Shown piece by piece: positions 1 through 8,088 of a stretch of DNA of 64,000 bases. The DNA comes from a virus (lineage: Duplodnaviria > Caudoviricetes), in the IMG/VR virus record IMGVR_UViG_3300037501_000255. One strand, given 5' to 3'. The notes beneath the pieces are model-generated. The model saw only the letters and a list, made by a program, of their open reading frames with translations. It ran no database searches and was not told the DNA's origin. A program made the position numbers and the translations under genes. Within the stretch, counting starts at the first letter, position 1. Each line of letters opens with the position of its first letter.

Positions 1-1531
1 TGACTAGCTTTGGTGTTAATCGGAGAATGTTAGAAATGAATGCAACCTTGTCTTCTCCATACTTGTCTTTGCAATATTGAATAACACGCTCTCTGCCGCT
101 AGGAGCAAAGTCGCAATCGATATCTGGAAGTGACTTCTTCTCCTTATTCTGGAAACGCTCGAAAAGCAATCCATATTTAATAGGATCTGCCATATGAATA
201 CCGAGCAGGAATGCTACAAGGGAGCCCCCCACGCTTCCGCGGCCGGGACCGACAGTAATCCCGTTATTTTTGGCCCATTGTATGTAATCGGCGACGATTA
301 GCATATACGAGCTGAAGTTGCGCATCTCAAGAATATCAAGCTCTTTCTTTACGCGCTCCAGGTATTCCTGCTTCTTTTCTTTAGAAAAGGCTTCTGTGTA
401 TTTGTCAAATGCCTTTTTAACACGGAAGCGTAGATAGGCGGCGTCTTTCTTGAGCGCAGCGATTGCAGGCTTATCTTGCGACCATGCGCTGAACTCAGCT
501 GCATCCCCCTCGTCTTTCCAGGGATACGCCGGCAGTCTGTGACCCTTCGGAGCCATGTAGTCCGGATATTCACAACTATCGGCTATTTTCACAGTATTAT
601 CCACCATTGTGCCCGCAGTGGTACTATCGAATTTTTTCGCAAAGTAGCTGACTAACTGATCTCGGCCCTTCAAGTAGAATTCCGGGCACGGCTTAATCGC
701 CCCGTACTTGGTACCGCCGCATTGATAACATTCCTTCTTGGAATCCGCAGGATACTCCCCGGTTCCAGCGCAAATTAGGCATGGCTGATATGTAGCGTAA
801 CGGTGACGCGTTGGGTCCTCAAGGGATTTCTTGGAACCGATTGCCAATACCATATCGTGATATTTCTCATGCTTACTCGTAAGATAGTGCGAGTCGCATG
901 TGGCAATCATTTGTATTTTTAGCTCATCTGCCAAGAATTTAAGTTGTTCATTTAGGAATGATTGATTAAACTCTCCGCGCTGCAACTCATGCGGCTGTAG
1001 TTCAATATAAAACTTGTCGCCAAAAAGATCTCTGAAGATTGACGCCAAATCCTTTGCTTTGCGAATATTTTTTTCAAATATGGCGGAGGCGAATGGGGAA
1101 CCGCCGCATGCAGAGTTTACAAATAATCCTTCCCTGTGTTTCTTTAGGATACTAAAGTCTACGCGCGGAAATTGACGCCCCATCACTGTCACGGAATTAC
1201 GAAATCCAGCAGCATTTATCTGCAATAGGTTGCGATAACCTTCCTCATTTTTGGCTAATAGCACAAGATGCCGTCTCTTAGACTTGGGATCATTTAGATC
1301 TTCACAGTAATATATTTCACTGCCTGGAATGAACTTAATCTGCCGCCCCTGCTCTTTATACTTCTTGTATTCCTTATATCCCTCGTGTATACCAGCCAGG
1401 ACACCGTGATCTGTAATTGCTATACCGGGCTGCCCTAACTCTGCCACTCTCTTAAAAAGATCTGGTATGCAAATGATTGCATCCATGTGAGAGTGATATG
1501 TGTGCGAGTGTAGGTTTACGAAATTGTCCAT
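1..1531 (-). CDS. dnaE: DNA polymerase III alpha subunit (DnaE), N-terminal part; runs off the left edge
   Basis: Absent from the ORF track because there is no stop in the window. Hand translation from ATG at 1531 gives MDNFVNLHSHTYHSHMDA, AITDHG, HLVLLAKNEEGYRNL, CDSHY, GPGRGSVGGSLVAFLLGI, LLFERF and LPDIDCDF (PHP domain plus polymerase catalytic motif). Confidence 0.97.
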   Translation of the reverse strand, partial: MDNFVNLHSHTYHSHMDAIICIPDLFKRVAELGQPGIAITDHGVLAGIHEGYKEYKKYKEQGRQIKFIPGSEIYYCEDLNDPKSKRRHLVLLAKNEEGYRNLLQINAAGFRNSVTVMGRQFPRVDFSILKKHREGLFVNSACGGSPFASAIFEKNIRKAKDLASIFRDLFGDKFYIELQPHELQRGEFNQSFLNEQLKFLADELKIQMIATCDSHYLTSKHEKYHDMVLAIGSKKSLEDPTRHRYATYQPCLICAGTGEYPADSKKECYQCGGTKYGAIKPCPEFYLKGRDQLVSYFAKKFDSTTAGTMVDNTVKIADSCEYPDYMAPKGHRLPAYPWKDEGDAAEFSAWSQDKPAIAALKKDAAYLRFRVKKAFDKYTEAFSKEKKQEYLERVKKELDILEMRNFSSYMLIVADYIQWAKNNGITVGPGRGSVGGSLVAFLLGIHMADPIKYGLLFERFQNKEKKSLPDIDCDFAPSGRERVIQYCKDKYGEDKVAFISNILRLTPKLV

Positions 1532-1533
1532 CT

Positions 1534-1860
1534 TTATACTCCTGAGATCGGGATATTCAATTCATTTTGAAGATATGCAGCAAGCTGTACTTCAAATAAA
1601 TTCACAATCCTCGTATCATCTTTATTTTTGAACTTGACATGGATATCTACCGTGCCAAGCTTCGACTGCAATAATATTGCGTCATTATCTATTCTGATAA
1701 TAGAATAGACTTCAAGATCGTACGCTAACCTTCCAAATGGAAGAAGAAATTCTCCGATGCTTTTGCTGATCGGCTGCGGCAACGTGTACTGTATGGTTCG
1801 GCATGTTTTGCAGCTCTGAAGCTGACGAACCTGTACTAAATCATGAAATGGCTTATCCAT
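1534..1860 (-). CDS. hypothetical protein (CxxC)
   Basis: 108-aa ORF abutting dnaE on the main coding strand. Confidence 0.7.
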   Translation of the reverse strand: MDKPFHDLVQVRQLQSCKTCRTIQYTLPQPISKSIGEFLLPFGRLAYDLEVYSIIRIDNDAILLQSKLGTVDIHVKFKNKDDTRIVNLFEVQLAAYLQNELNIPISGV

Positions 1861-1873
1861 TCTAATATACGGA

Positions 1874-1898
1874 AATAGGGGAGAATAACTCCCCTATT
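1874..1898. terminator. perfect 10-bp hairpin (terminator or RNA processing stem)
   Basis: AATAGGGGAG-aataa-CTCCCCTATT in the intergenic gap; U-tract is weak. Confidence 0.5.
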
Positions 1899-1918
1899 GC
1901 CTGCCTTGACAGTAATCT

Positions 1919-2140
1919 TTAGGAAAATCGCGCCTGAACTGCTACCGGCTCGTTTGTTGACTGGTGCATCGTCATGGCACCAAGAATTGCTGTTAGATCA
2001 CGATCGGCAGCGCGCAACTCCTCCTTGCTGGCCTCAAGCACAACTCGAACCTTGCCAACATCCTCTTCGCCCTTGCCTGGAATAACGGTAATAGTCTTAA
2101 CTGTGAAGCCTGAAATTGAACCTACTGCTTGTGTTGTCAT
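1919..2140 (-). CDS. hypothetical protein
   Basis: 73-aa ORF with AGGAG upstream. Confidence 0.75.
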   Translation of the reverse strand: MTTQAVGSISGFTVKTITVIPGKGEEDVGKVRVVLEASKEELRAADRDLTAILGAMTMHQSTNEPVAVQARFS

Positions 2141-2148
2141 ACTTGCTC

Positions 2149-3360
2149 CTACTTAACCTTTGCTTGTGAAATGAGAAAATCTATCGCTCTGTTTCTCTCA
2201 TGGAAAGACATCAAAAGTTCATACTGGCCGGAATTTCTTAGATGTGTCAAAACCTCGTCCGGCGTTCTTCCAACCTTCTGCGCCTCGGCCTCTACTACGC
2301 CGAACGCCTCGTCTGCGGACATGTGAATATTTTCGCGCTCACGATAAATGGCATCAAGGAATATATTAGACAGTATATTTCTACGCGCCTGCTGTTTGAG
2401 TTGCTGTACGAGCTGCTCCGAGTCTTTAGGAAGCGCTTTTAAACCAATGCGCCTGCAGATCACCTCAGTCTCGGCATCTATCCAGCGGTCCGGAATCTCC
2501 AGAGGGTTAGCCTCGATTAGCTGTGTTAGAACTTCATTATAAAGCTTGGCCTTTAGCGGTACGGAATGATCATTGGTTTTCTTAGAGATTAAATCTCTCT
2601 TCATATCCTCCAACGAAGAGAATAGAGCTGATTTAGCAAATTCGTCATCTAGTGCTGGTAATGCTCGTGCGAATACGGCGGATAAGCGAACCCGAATAAC
2701 CCTACCATCCTTAAGCGCTGCGTCAAACTCATCACCTGCTTTCTTATCAAGAAAGACAGTATTGTCAACAAACGTGTCCGGTGTATCTGATAATGCTACT
2801 GAGGCGTGACTATTGCTGCCATCGAGGAATTCAACGGAAACCTGATCGCTCGCCTCAGCAGGCCTTTCTACAAAATCAAGCTGCGCCATAGAAGCGCGTA
2901 TCTTCTCAAGATCAGCCGCCACCAGACTGTCTAGTGTTGGCAAAGCCTCTGAAATGTGCAGTTCGGGCGGGATCACCACCTGTAACTCGGGCTCAAAATC
3001 AGCAATTACTGCGAACTCAAAGGAGCCATCGAGATTAAACTCTCCGACATATTTTTTTCTACGCGAAGCCCTATGAGCCTCAATGAGACTTGGCGAGCCG
3101 ACTATTTTAAGTTGTTTCTCGCGAATTGATCCCGAGACCTCTTCATGAACAATTCTCGCGGAGCACTCTGCTAAAATAATATCCTTGAATTGATTACGAA
3201 TTACTGCCGGCGGGGCAGTGCCCTTCCTAAAACCCCTTGCCTCAACACGCGGGGCGATTTCTTTAATGAAGGAGTTGATTGATTCGTCTACTTGAGATTG
3301 TGTAACCGAGAAAAACAGTTGCTTCTCTATGCCACTCTTATCTTCTATCCTTACTAACAT
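2149..3360 (-). CDS. tig: trigger factor (ribosome-associated chaperone) with degenerate PPIase domain
   Basis: Ribosome-binding motif GFRKGTAP, LPALDDEFAK and a C-terminal helical domain; start moved to ATG 3360, which has AGGAG upstream. Confidence 0.9.
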   Translation of the reverse strand: MLVRIEDKSGIEKQLFFSVTQSQVDESINSFIKEIAPRVEARGFRKGTAPPAVIRNQFKDIILAECSARIVHEEVSGSIREKQLKIVGSPSLIEAHRASRRKKYVGEFNLDGSFEFAVIADFEPELQVVIPPELHISEALPTLDSLVAADLEKIRASMAQLDFVERPAEASDQVSVEFLDGSNSHASVALSDTPDTFVDNTVFLDKKAGDEFDAALKDGRVIRVRLSAVFARALPALDDEFAKSALFSSLEDMKRDLISKKTNDHSVPLKAKLYNEVLTQLIEANPLEIPDRWIDAETEVICRRIGLKALPKDSEQLVQQLKQQARRNILSNIFLDAIYRERENIHMSADEAFGVVEAEAQKVGRTPDEVLTHLRNSGQYELLMSFHERNRAIDFLISQAKVK

Positions 3361-3367
3361 ATATTGT

Positions 3368-6300
3368 CTATCTCCTATATTGGTTTGGATCAGTAAGTAG
3401 CTGTGACTGCTCCTGCTTAATTGCTGACTCCCAACGTTCGGCCTGTTCATCAAACATTGTATCTATATCCTTAACCTCCTCTCTCTTGGCCCGCTCAGAG
3501 GGCGGTCGTGTATTGCGTACTCGATATTTATCCAATTCGAGAAGAAGATTACTGAAGTCATCGCCTGCCGATAGGCGACGATTTAGGTCCATCAGAAGCA
3601 ATTGCAGATGCTGTGGACTGACTGCGTCACCTAGATCCTTTACATTTACAAGGCTATCGAGCGCCATAGACACCCTGCGTACAGTATCGGCCTTATCCTT
3701 GTACTGAGGTGACTGGGACATTCGACTAATAAAGTCCCGTACCTTATCTCGCGATACGGTCAGCGACTCTTTGATATAATCAAACTCTTCTTCTGCACCG
3801 GCCGCCTCGCGCTCTGCCATGTCTTTTGCTTTATTGATAGCCTTAAGTAGTTGCGAGCGATACACTTTTGATGTGGAAAGTAGGTCGCGTAGTTGATTAA
3901 GTAATACGGGATTTCTCCCAGCTGCAGACATCTCTTTTGAGAGGGATGCTTGTGCCTGAACTACAGCCTGCAGGTACTTCATTAGTTCTTCGGCCTTGCT
4001 ATTGAGGCGCGCAACGCCATCTTGCTGTTGGGGCACAAGCCTGTCTGCCAGCTTGCCGCCAGAGAAAATAGTTTTCGATAGGGATGTAATGAGCGCCTCA
4101 CCCTCCTCCTGTTTTGGGGCGGGCAATGCAGGGTCTTTGCCAGTATTCTGCTCTCTACGTATCGTGCTTCTTAGGGCTGGGGCAACTTTGCCCAAAATCA
4201 TCTCTACAGTTGTTCCGATACTTTTATCTGTAAGATACGATGGTGGTAGTTTCTGTAGTTCCTTCTCCACTTTCTGCAGAGTATCTGTTGGCACACCGCT
4301 TTTAGCCAAGTCATCCAAAATGCTCTTGATAATCGGATTTTCATCTGACTTATCGGTGATCTCGCTGCTACGTTCAGCATCAAGCTTCACAGAGGAGAAA
4401 TCAACCTCGACTTGTGGCGGAATGTAGGTTGTAGATACGAATGGACTCTGTTTGAATGGCACGTCGCCGCCCTTCGTATAGGGCACTATATCCTTTTCAT
4501 AGGCGGGAGAGATGGATAGCACTTCCTTCCTGCGGTCAAGCATGGCCATGCGTATAGCGCCTACAGGATTTCCTAACAGGTTGTTCCCTAGACGCCTGAC
4601 GGTATTTACTAGCGAGCTGTATACAGACGGCTCTACTATTTCGCCTTTACCCTCGGCCAATCGCTGGGCATTTAGCTTGTCTATTTGCTCACGAGAGAGT
4701 CTTTCCCCCGGCTGTATATTTAATCGAGTTTTACGCACAATGCCCGACGCGTGCGATGTCGTGTCTGGGACGGGATCGGCAAAGGCTTTTGTAATCTGAG
4801 CTAATTCCTCCCAGGACCTTGGTCTGGGGTTTGCTGGATCCGACCAATTTTCGTCAGTTACCGAAGCGTCAGACTTATTCTTCTCAAAAAACTCACGTAC
4901 GGCTGATAGAGCTGGGGCGGCGCGCGCGGCGCGAAATCCATAATCAGCACCTATAATCATTGCTCCAAGAGAATTATTTAGTAATCTAGAGGCATCCTCG
5001 CCCTTTCCCTGTTTATCTGCAAAAGCGCGGTATAGCTGACTGAGCTTGCCGTATATGGTGTTTGACGCCAGCACTGCACCGCCACGACCGCCCTTTAGAG
5101 ACATGAAGTCGGTATTTATGAATCTCTCAATCTCCTCTCTGCGCTCAGAAGTTTTAGCGGAGAGCTTCTTAGATAACACTTCCGTTACATATTCTTCAAT
5201 TATACCTGGAAGCACCTTGTTGCATACGTAGACCGATACGTGCTCCCATGTCACATCCCTCGTGACCCCCTGCTTTTGTAATTCATAATATTTTGACATG
5301 ATATCTGCCAGTATTTTATTTATTAGGTCGCCAGTGCGGCGACCTGCATCCTGCCCCGCCCCACTGTATGTCAGGGCTATATCGGCCTGCTTAGCTTTTA
5401 TACCGGTGTCATCGATACCCAGATATTTCAATAGTGGTTCAAGCTTGGATGCGGCAACCCCGGAGCCAAGGCTCTCGTCCCGCAACTTAGAGATGGCGTC
5501 AGTATTGATTACGCTGCTTTTATAGTCCTCTTCATTGGCAGCATAGCGCTCAGCGAATGCTTGCGACGACAGTGCTGCAGATAGGTGGGGGAGGAACCCG
5601 TCCGTAAGGGTGCCAAGCTTATCGTTTATGCTTTTTATTTCTTTTTCTGAGGTAAGGGGCTGTGATGCTGCATCTACAAGTTTAATTGCCGACGGCGCAT
5701 TGTACACGTAGCGCATTGTGAGCGGGAGGAGGGGCATAGCATATAGTTTGAATATATTTGAAAGAATTAATTGAAGCGAAGTTTTGTCAGCAAACAGAGG
5801 GCCGTACTTGTTGAGTATCTGCGTGCGCGCTGCCTCAAAAGCATACATCATCTCTTCATTGAATGCCCGAATATTGTCCAGGTCCTTGGTCTTAAACGAT
5901 GTACCGGCTATGTCCCCACCGGGCGTGCCAGAACCATATGTGCGCTTCGCTTCATTCGAGGCCTCTAAGAATTGATTGCTTTCTGAAGTTATTGCTTTAT
6001 TTACCTCGCCCTTGGCGGCTACTATGAATTCGTCCAAAATGTCGGTCGCTACGGCAGCGTTTGGCTTACTCATCAGTTTTGCAATGGCTTGGGTCAACTG
6101 TGCCGAGGACTGTGCCTGCATATGTGCGCGTGCACTCTCCATCGACTCCATAGCTCCATCAATAACTTCGAAAGCCACATCTGCATATGTTCTATTACTT
6201 AGAAATTTCGTACGAATATCGCCCATGTTAAGATTGGTCGACGCCACGCTATACTTCTCACCATTCCACATGGTCATATTCAAATCTAGGCTAGCTAATT

Positions 6301-7270
6301 TCTGCTCTTTAGACAATAGGTTTGTGATGCTACGCACACCCTTAACATCAGTAATATTTGGGTTTATATATATATTTGGTGTTAAAACCTCACCGGAGTT
6401 GGATATAACGCGCGTGTTTACATCCGCTATATTTGCCCAGCAGTAATCATGTAGGGCCTTTTGTAGCTCCTTATAGTGTCGCATGTAAGCTGCAGAGAGG
6501 ACGGCGAGCTGAGCTGGTAGATTTGCTAGGCTTTTCTGGTGCCCTGGCGGAGGTCCGGCCGGAAACATAACCTCAAAATCCATGCTACCCTGCATAAAGT
6601 CAGCAAGTACGGCCTGATTATATTCAATGAGATATTTGCCGTGCGCGATGCGCATGGCTTCAATCAAATCATTGAGGCGGGGAGATCTGTACTGAAAGCC
6701 CTTCTTGGGCGCGGCGCTTTTGACTAGATTATTTGGAAGAACTGTGAGGATTGGATTATTTATTATCTGCTGTTTGATAACGCTAATGAAGGCCATCCCC
6801 AATGCGAATGATAAGGCATTCCTGAGCGATTCATTATTATAAGATAATTCTCTAACAATAGACCTAATCTCCTCTGTGGGGTACTTTGAATCTAGAAGGT
6901 GTTGACGCAGCGCTACCAGGCTATCTTTATCGAAAGGTAGGACTTCCGGAATAAAGCCTGTAAGATGATTTGTGGGCAGTGCGCCGCGCAAAACGGGCAA
7001 TTCCGGCCGCACATCTTTAAGATGCGCAAGTAAGAATTGGGCAACCTTCTTGTTTAAGAGTTTTTGAAATGGATCCTCGACCTCGCCGCCAGATTTCGTA
7101 ATATTCTCAAAAGCAGCAAACAGATCTTCTACCGTAGCAGGGATGAGCTTGAACTGAGGGCGGGTTGGCGCCCTGGCATCAGCAGCTAGTGCTTTAAGAG
7201 CGTACCTTATATCGCCCGTTGCTTCAAATTTATCTGTATTCTTTTGAGATAGTATTTTCCAAAGAGTCAT
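3368..7270 (-). CDS. large hypothetical protein, 1300 aa (possible virion/internal protein)
   Basis: Long uninterrupted ORF, largely helical composition, no motif recognised. Confidence 0.85.
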   Translation of the reverse strand: MTLWKILSQKNTDKFEATGDIRYALKALAADARAPTRPQFKLIPATVEDLFAAFENITKSGGEVEDPFQKLLNKKVAQFLLAHLKDVRPELPVLRGALPTNHLTGFIPEVLPFDKDSLVALRQHLLDSKYPTEEIRSIVRELSYNNESLRNALSFALGMAFISVIKQQIINNPILTVLPNNLVKSAAPKKGFQYRSPRLNDLIEAMRIAHGKYLIEYNQAVLADFMQGSMDFEVMFPAGPPPGHQKSLANLPAQLAVLSAAYMRHYKELQKALHDYCWANIADVNTRVISNSGEVLTPNIYINPNITDVKGVRSITNLLSKEQKLASLDLNMTMWNGEKYSVASTNLNMGDIRTKFLSNRTYADVAFEVIDGAMESMESARAHMQAQSSAQLTQAIAKLMSKPNAAVATDILDEFIVAAKGEVNKAITSESNQFLEASNEAKRTYGSGTPGGDIAGTSFKTKDLDNIRAFNEEMMYAFEAARTQILNKYGPLFADKTSLQLILSNIFKLYAMPLLPLTMRYVYNAPSAIKLVDAASQPLTSEKEIKSINDKLGTLTDGFLPHLSAALSSQAFAERYAANEEDYKSSVINTDAISKLRDESLGSGVAASKLEPLLKYLGIDDTGIKAKQADIALTYSGAGQDAGRRTGDLINKILADIMSKYYELQKQGVTRDVTWEHVSVYVCNKVLPGIIEEYVTEVLSKKLSAKTSERREEIERFINTDFMSLKGGRGGAVLASNTIYGKLSQLYRAFADKQGKGEDASRLLNNSLGAMIIGADYGFRAARAAPALSAVREFFEKNKSDASVTDENWSDPANPRPRSWEELAQITKAFADPVPDTTSHASGIVRKTRLNIQPGERLSREQIDKLNAQRLAEGKGEIVEPSVYSSLVNTVRRLGNNLLGNPVGAIRMAMLDRRKEVLSISPAYEKDIVPYTKGGDVPFKQSPFVSTTYIPPQVEVDFSSVKLDAERSSEITDKSDENPIIKSILDDLAKSGVPTDTLQKVEKELQKLPPSYLTDKSIGTTVEMILGKVAPALRSTIRREQNTGKDPALPAPKQEEGEALITSLSKTIFSGGKLADRLVPQQQDGVARLNSKAEELMKYLQAVVQAQASLSKEMSAAGRNPVLLNQLRDLLSTSKVYRSQLLKAINKAKDMAEREAAGAEEEFDYIKESLTVSRDKVRDFISRMSQSPQYKDKADTVRRVSMALDSLVNVKDLGDAVSPQHLQLLLMDLNRRLSAGDDFSNLLLELDKYRVRNTRPPSERAKREEVKDIDTMFDEQAERWESAIKQEQSQLLTDPNQYRR

Positions 7271-8088
7271 TTATCCTTTCCTAAGGCTTCCAAAAGAGCT
7301 TTATTCTTAGACAGTGCCTGCAGTCGTGCTTTAATTGCCGATGTGGAAATGCCTATTTCTTCTGAAATTTCGAATAAAGTTCTGCCCTCCAAGAAAAGGT
7401 TAACTATTTTTTTGGTAGAGGGTTCAAGCCCATCAATTACGCTATTTATTGATAGGTTACTGACCACATCATGTTCTGAGTCCGAAGCTCTAAAGCCCAG
7501 TATCAGAACATCTTCGGGAGAGGTGCATTCTCGAATTGTAGTGTGCCCTCCATCTTTGAGTGGAATTTCTTCATCAGCGGAAAGCAGCGCCATGGGAATG
7601 GGATATGTGCGCCATTTACCTTCAGCAGTGCTTGTTCGGCAGTAGGTGCAGTATTTGGGCATCCCCCTGGTTTCATCAAAAACAAATGTCTGATCGCAGT
7701 GTGGGCATCGAGTTTTACAGAAGCGGTAGGTGCCATGAGTGGCCGTCCGACACTTCTCTGTGGCATACTTATATAGATTGACCATGCGATTCTTTACATG
7801 ATTCTGTAAAAATGTCAGCATATTAGCTGACTTCTCTATCGAATAATCTGGAATTGCGGCTAACGCAATGACGGTGAGTTCCTGAACTAAATCATCAATA
7901 CCGTATGATGGGATGGACATCTGACGCGCCTGATATCTGATAAAATCAGATATATATCGGTAGACCTGGTCTATCCCAACTCCCGTACGACTATCTATAT
8001 ATAGAACAACACCACTCTTCATGGGAATGTGGCCCGCAATCCACCTTCGACCACCGTCGGTGCCATATCTAATCTCGTATTGAGTCAT
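7267..8088 (-). CDS. sigma70/ECF-like sigma factor with Zn-ribbon insertion
   Basis: Region-2-like IDDLVQE...TFLQNHVKNRMVNLYK and region-4 HTH GRTLFEISEEIGISTSAIKARL, with CPHC-x15-CTYC between them; start at 8088 overlaps the upstream stop (ATGA). Confidence 0.8.
   Translation of the reverse strand: MTQYEIRYGTDGGRRWIAGHIPMKSGVVLYIDSRTGVGIDQVYRYISDFIRYQARQMSIPSYGIDDLVQELTVIALAAIPDYSIEKSANMLTFLQNHVKNRMVNLYKYATEKCRTATHGTYRFCKTRCPHCDQTFVFDETRGMPKYCTYCRTSTAEGKWRTYPIPMALLSADEEIPLKDGGHTTIRECTSPEDVLILGFRASDSEHDVVSNLSINSVIDGLEPSTKKIVNLFLEGRTLFEISEEIGISTSAIKARLQALSKNKALLEALGKDK

Noticed and set aside
349-573. 74-aa minus-strand ORF in the track
   Set aside because: It is an out-of-frame shadow within the dnaE reading frame.
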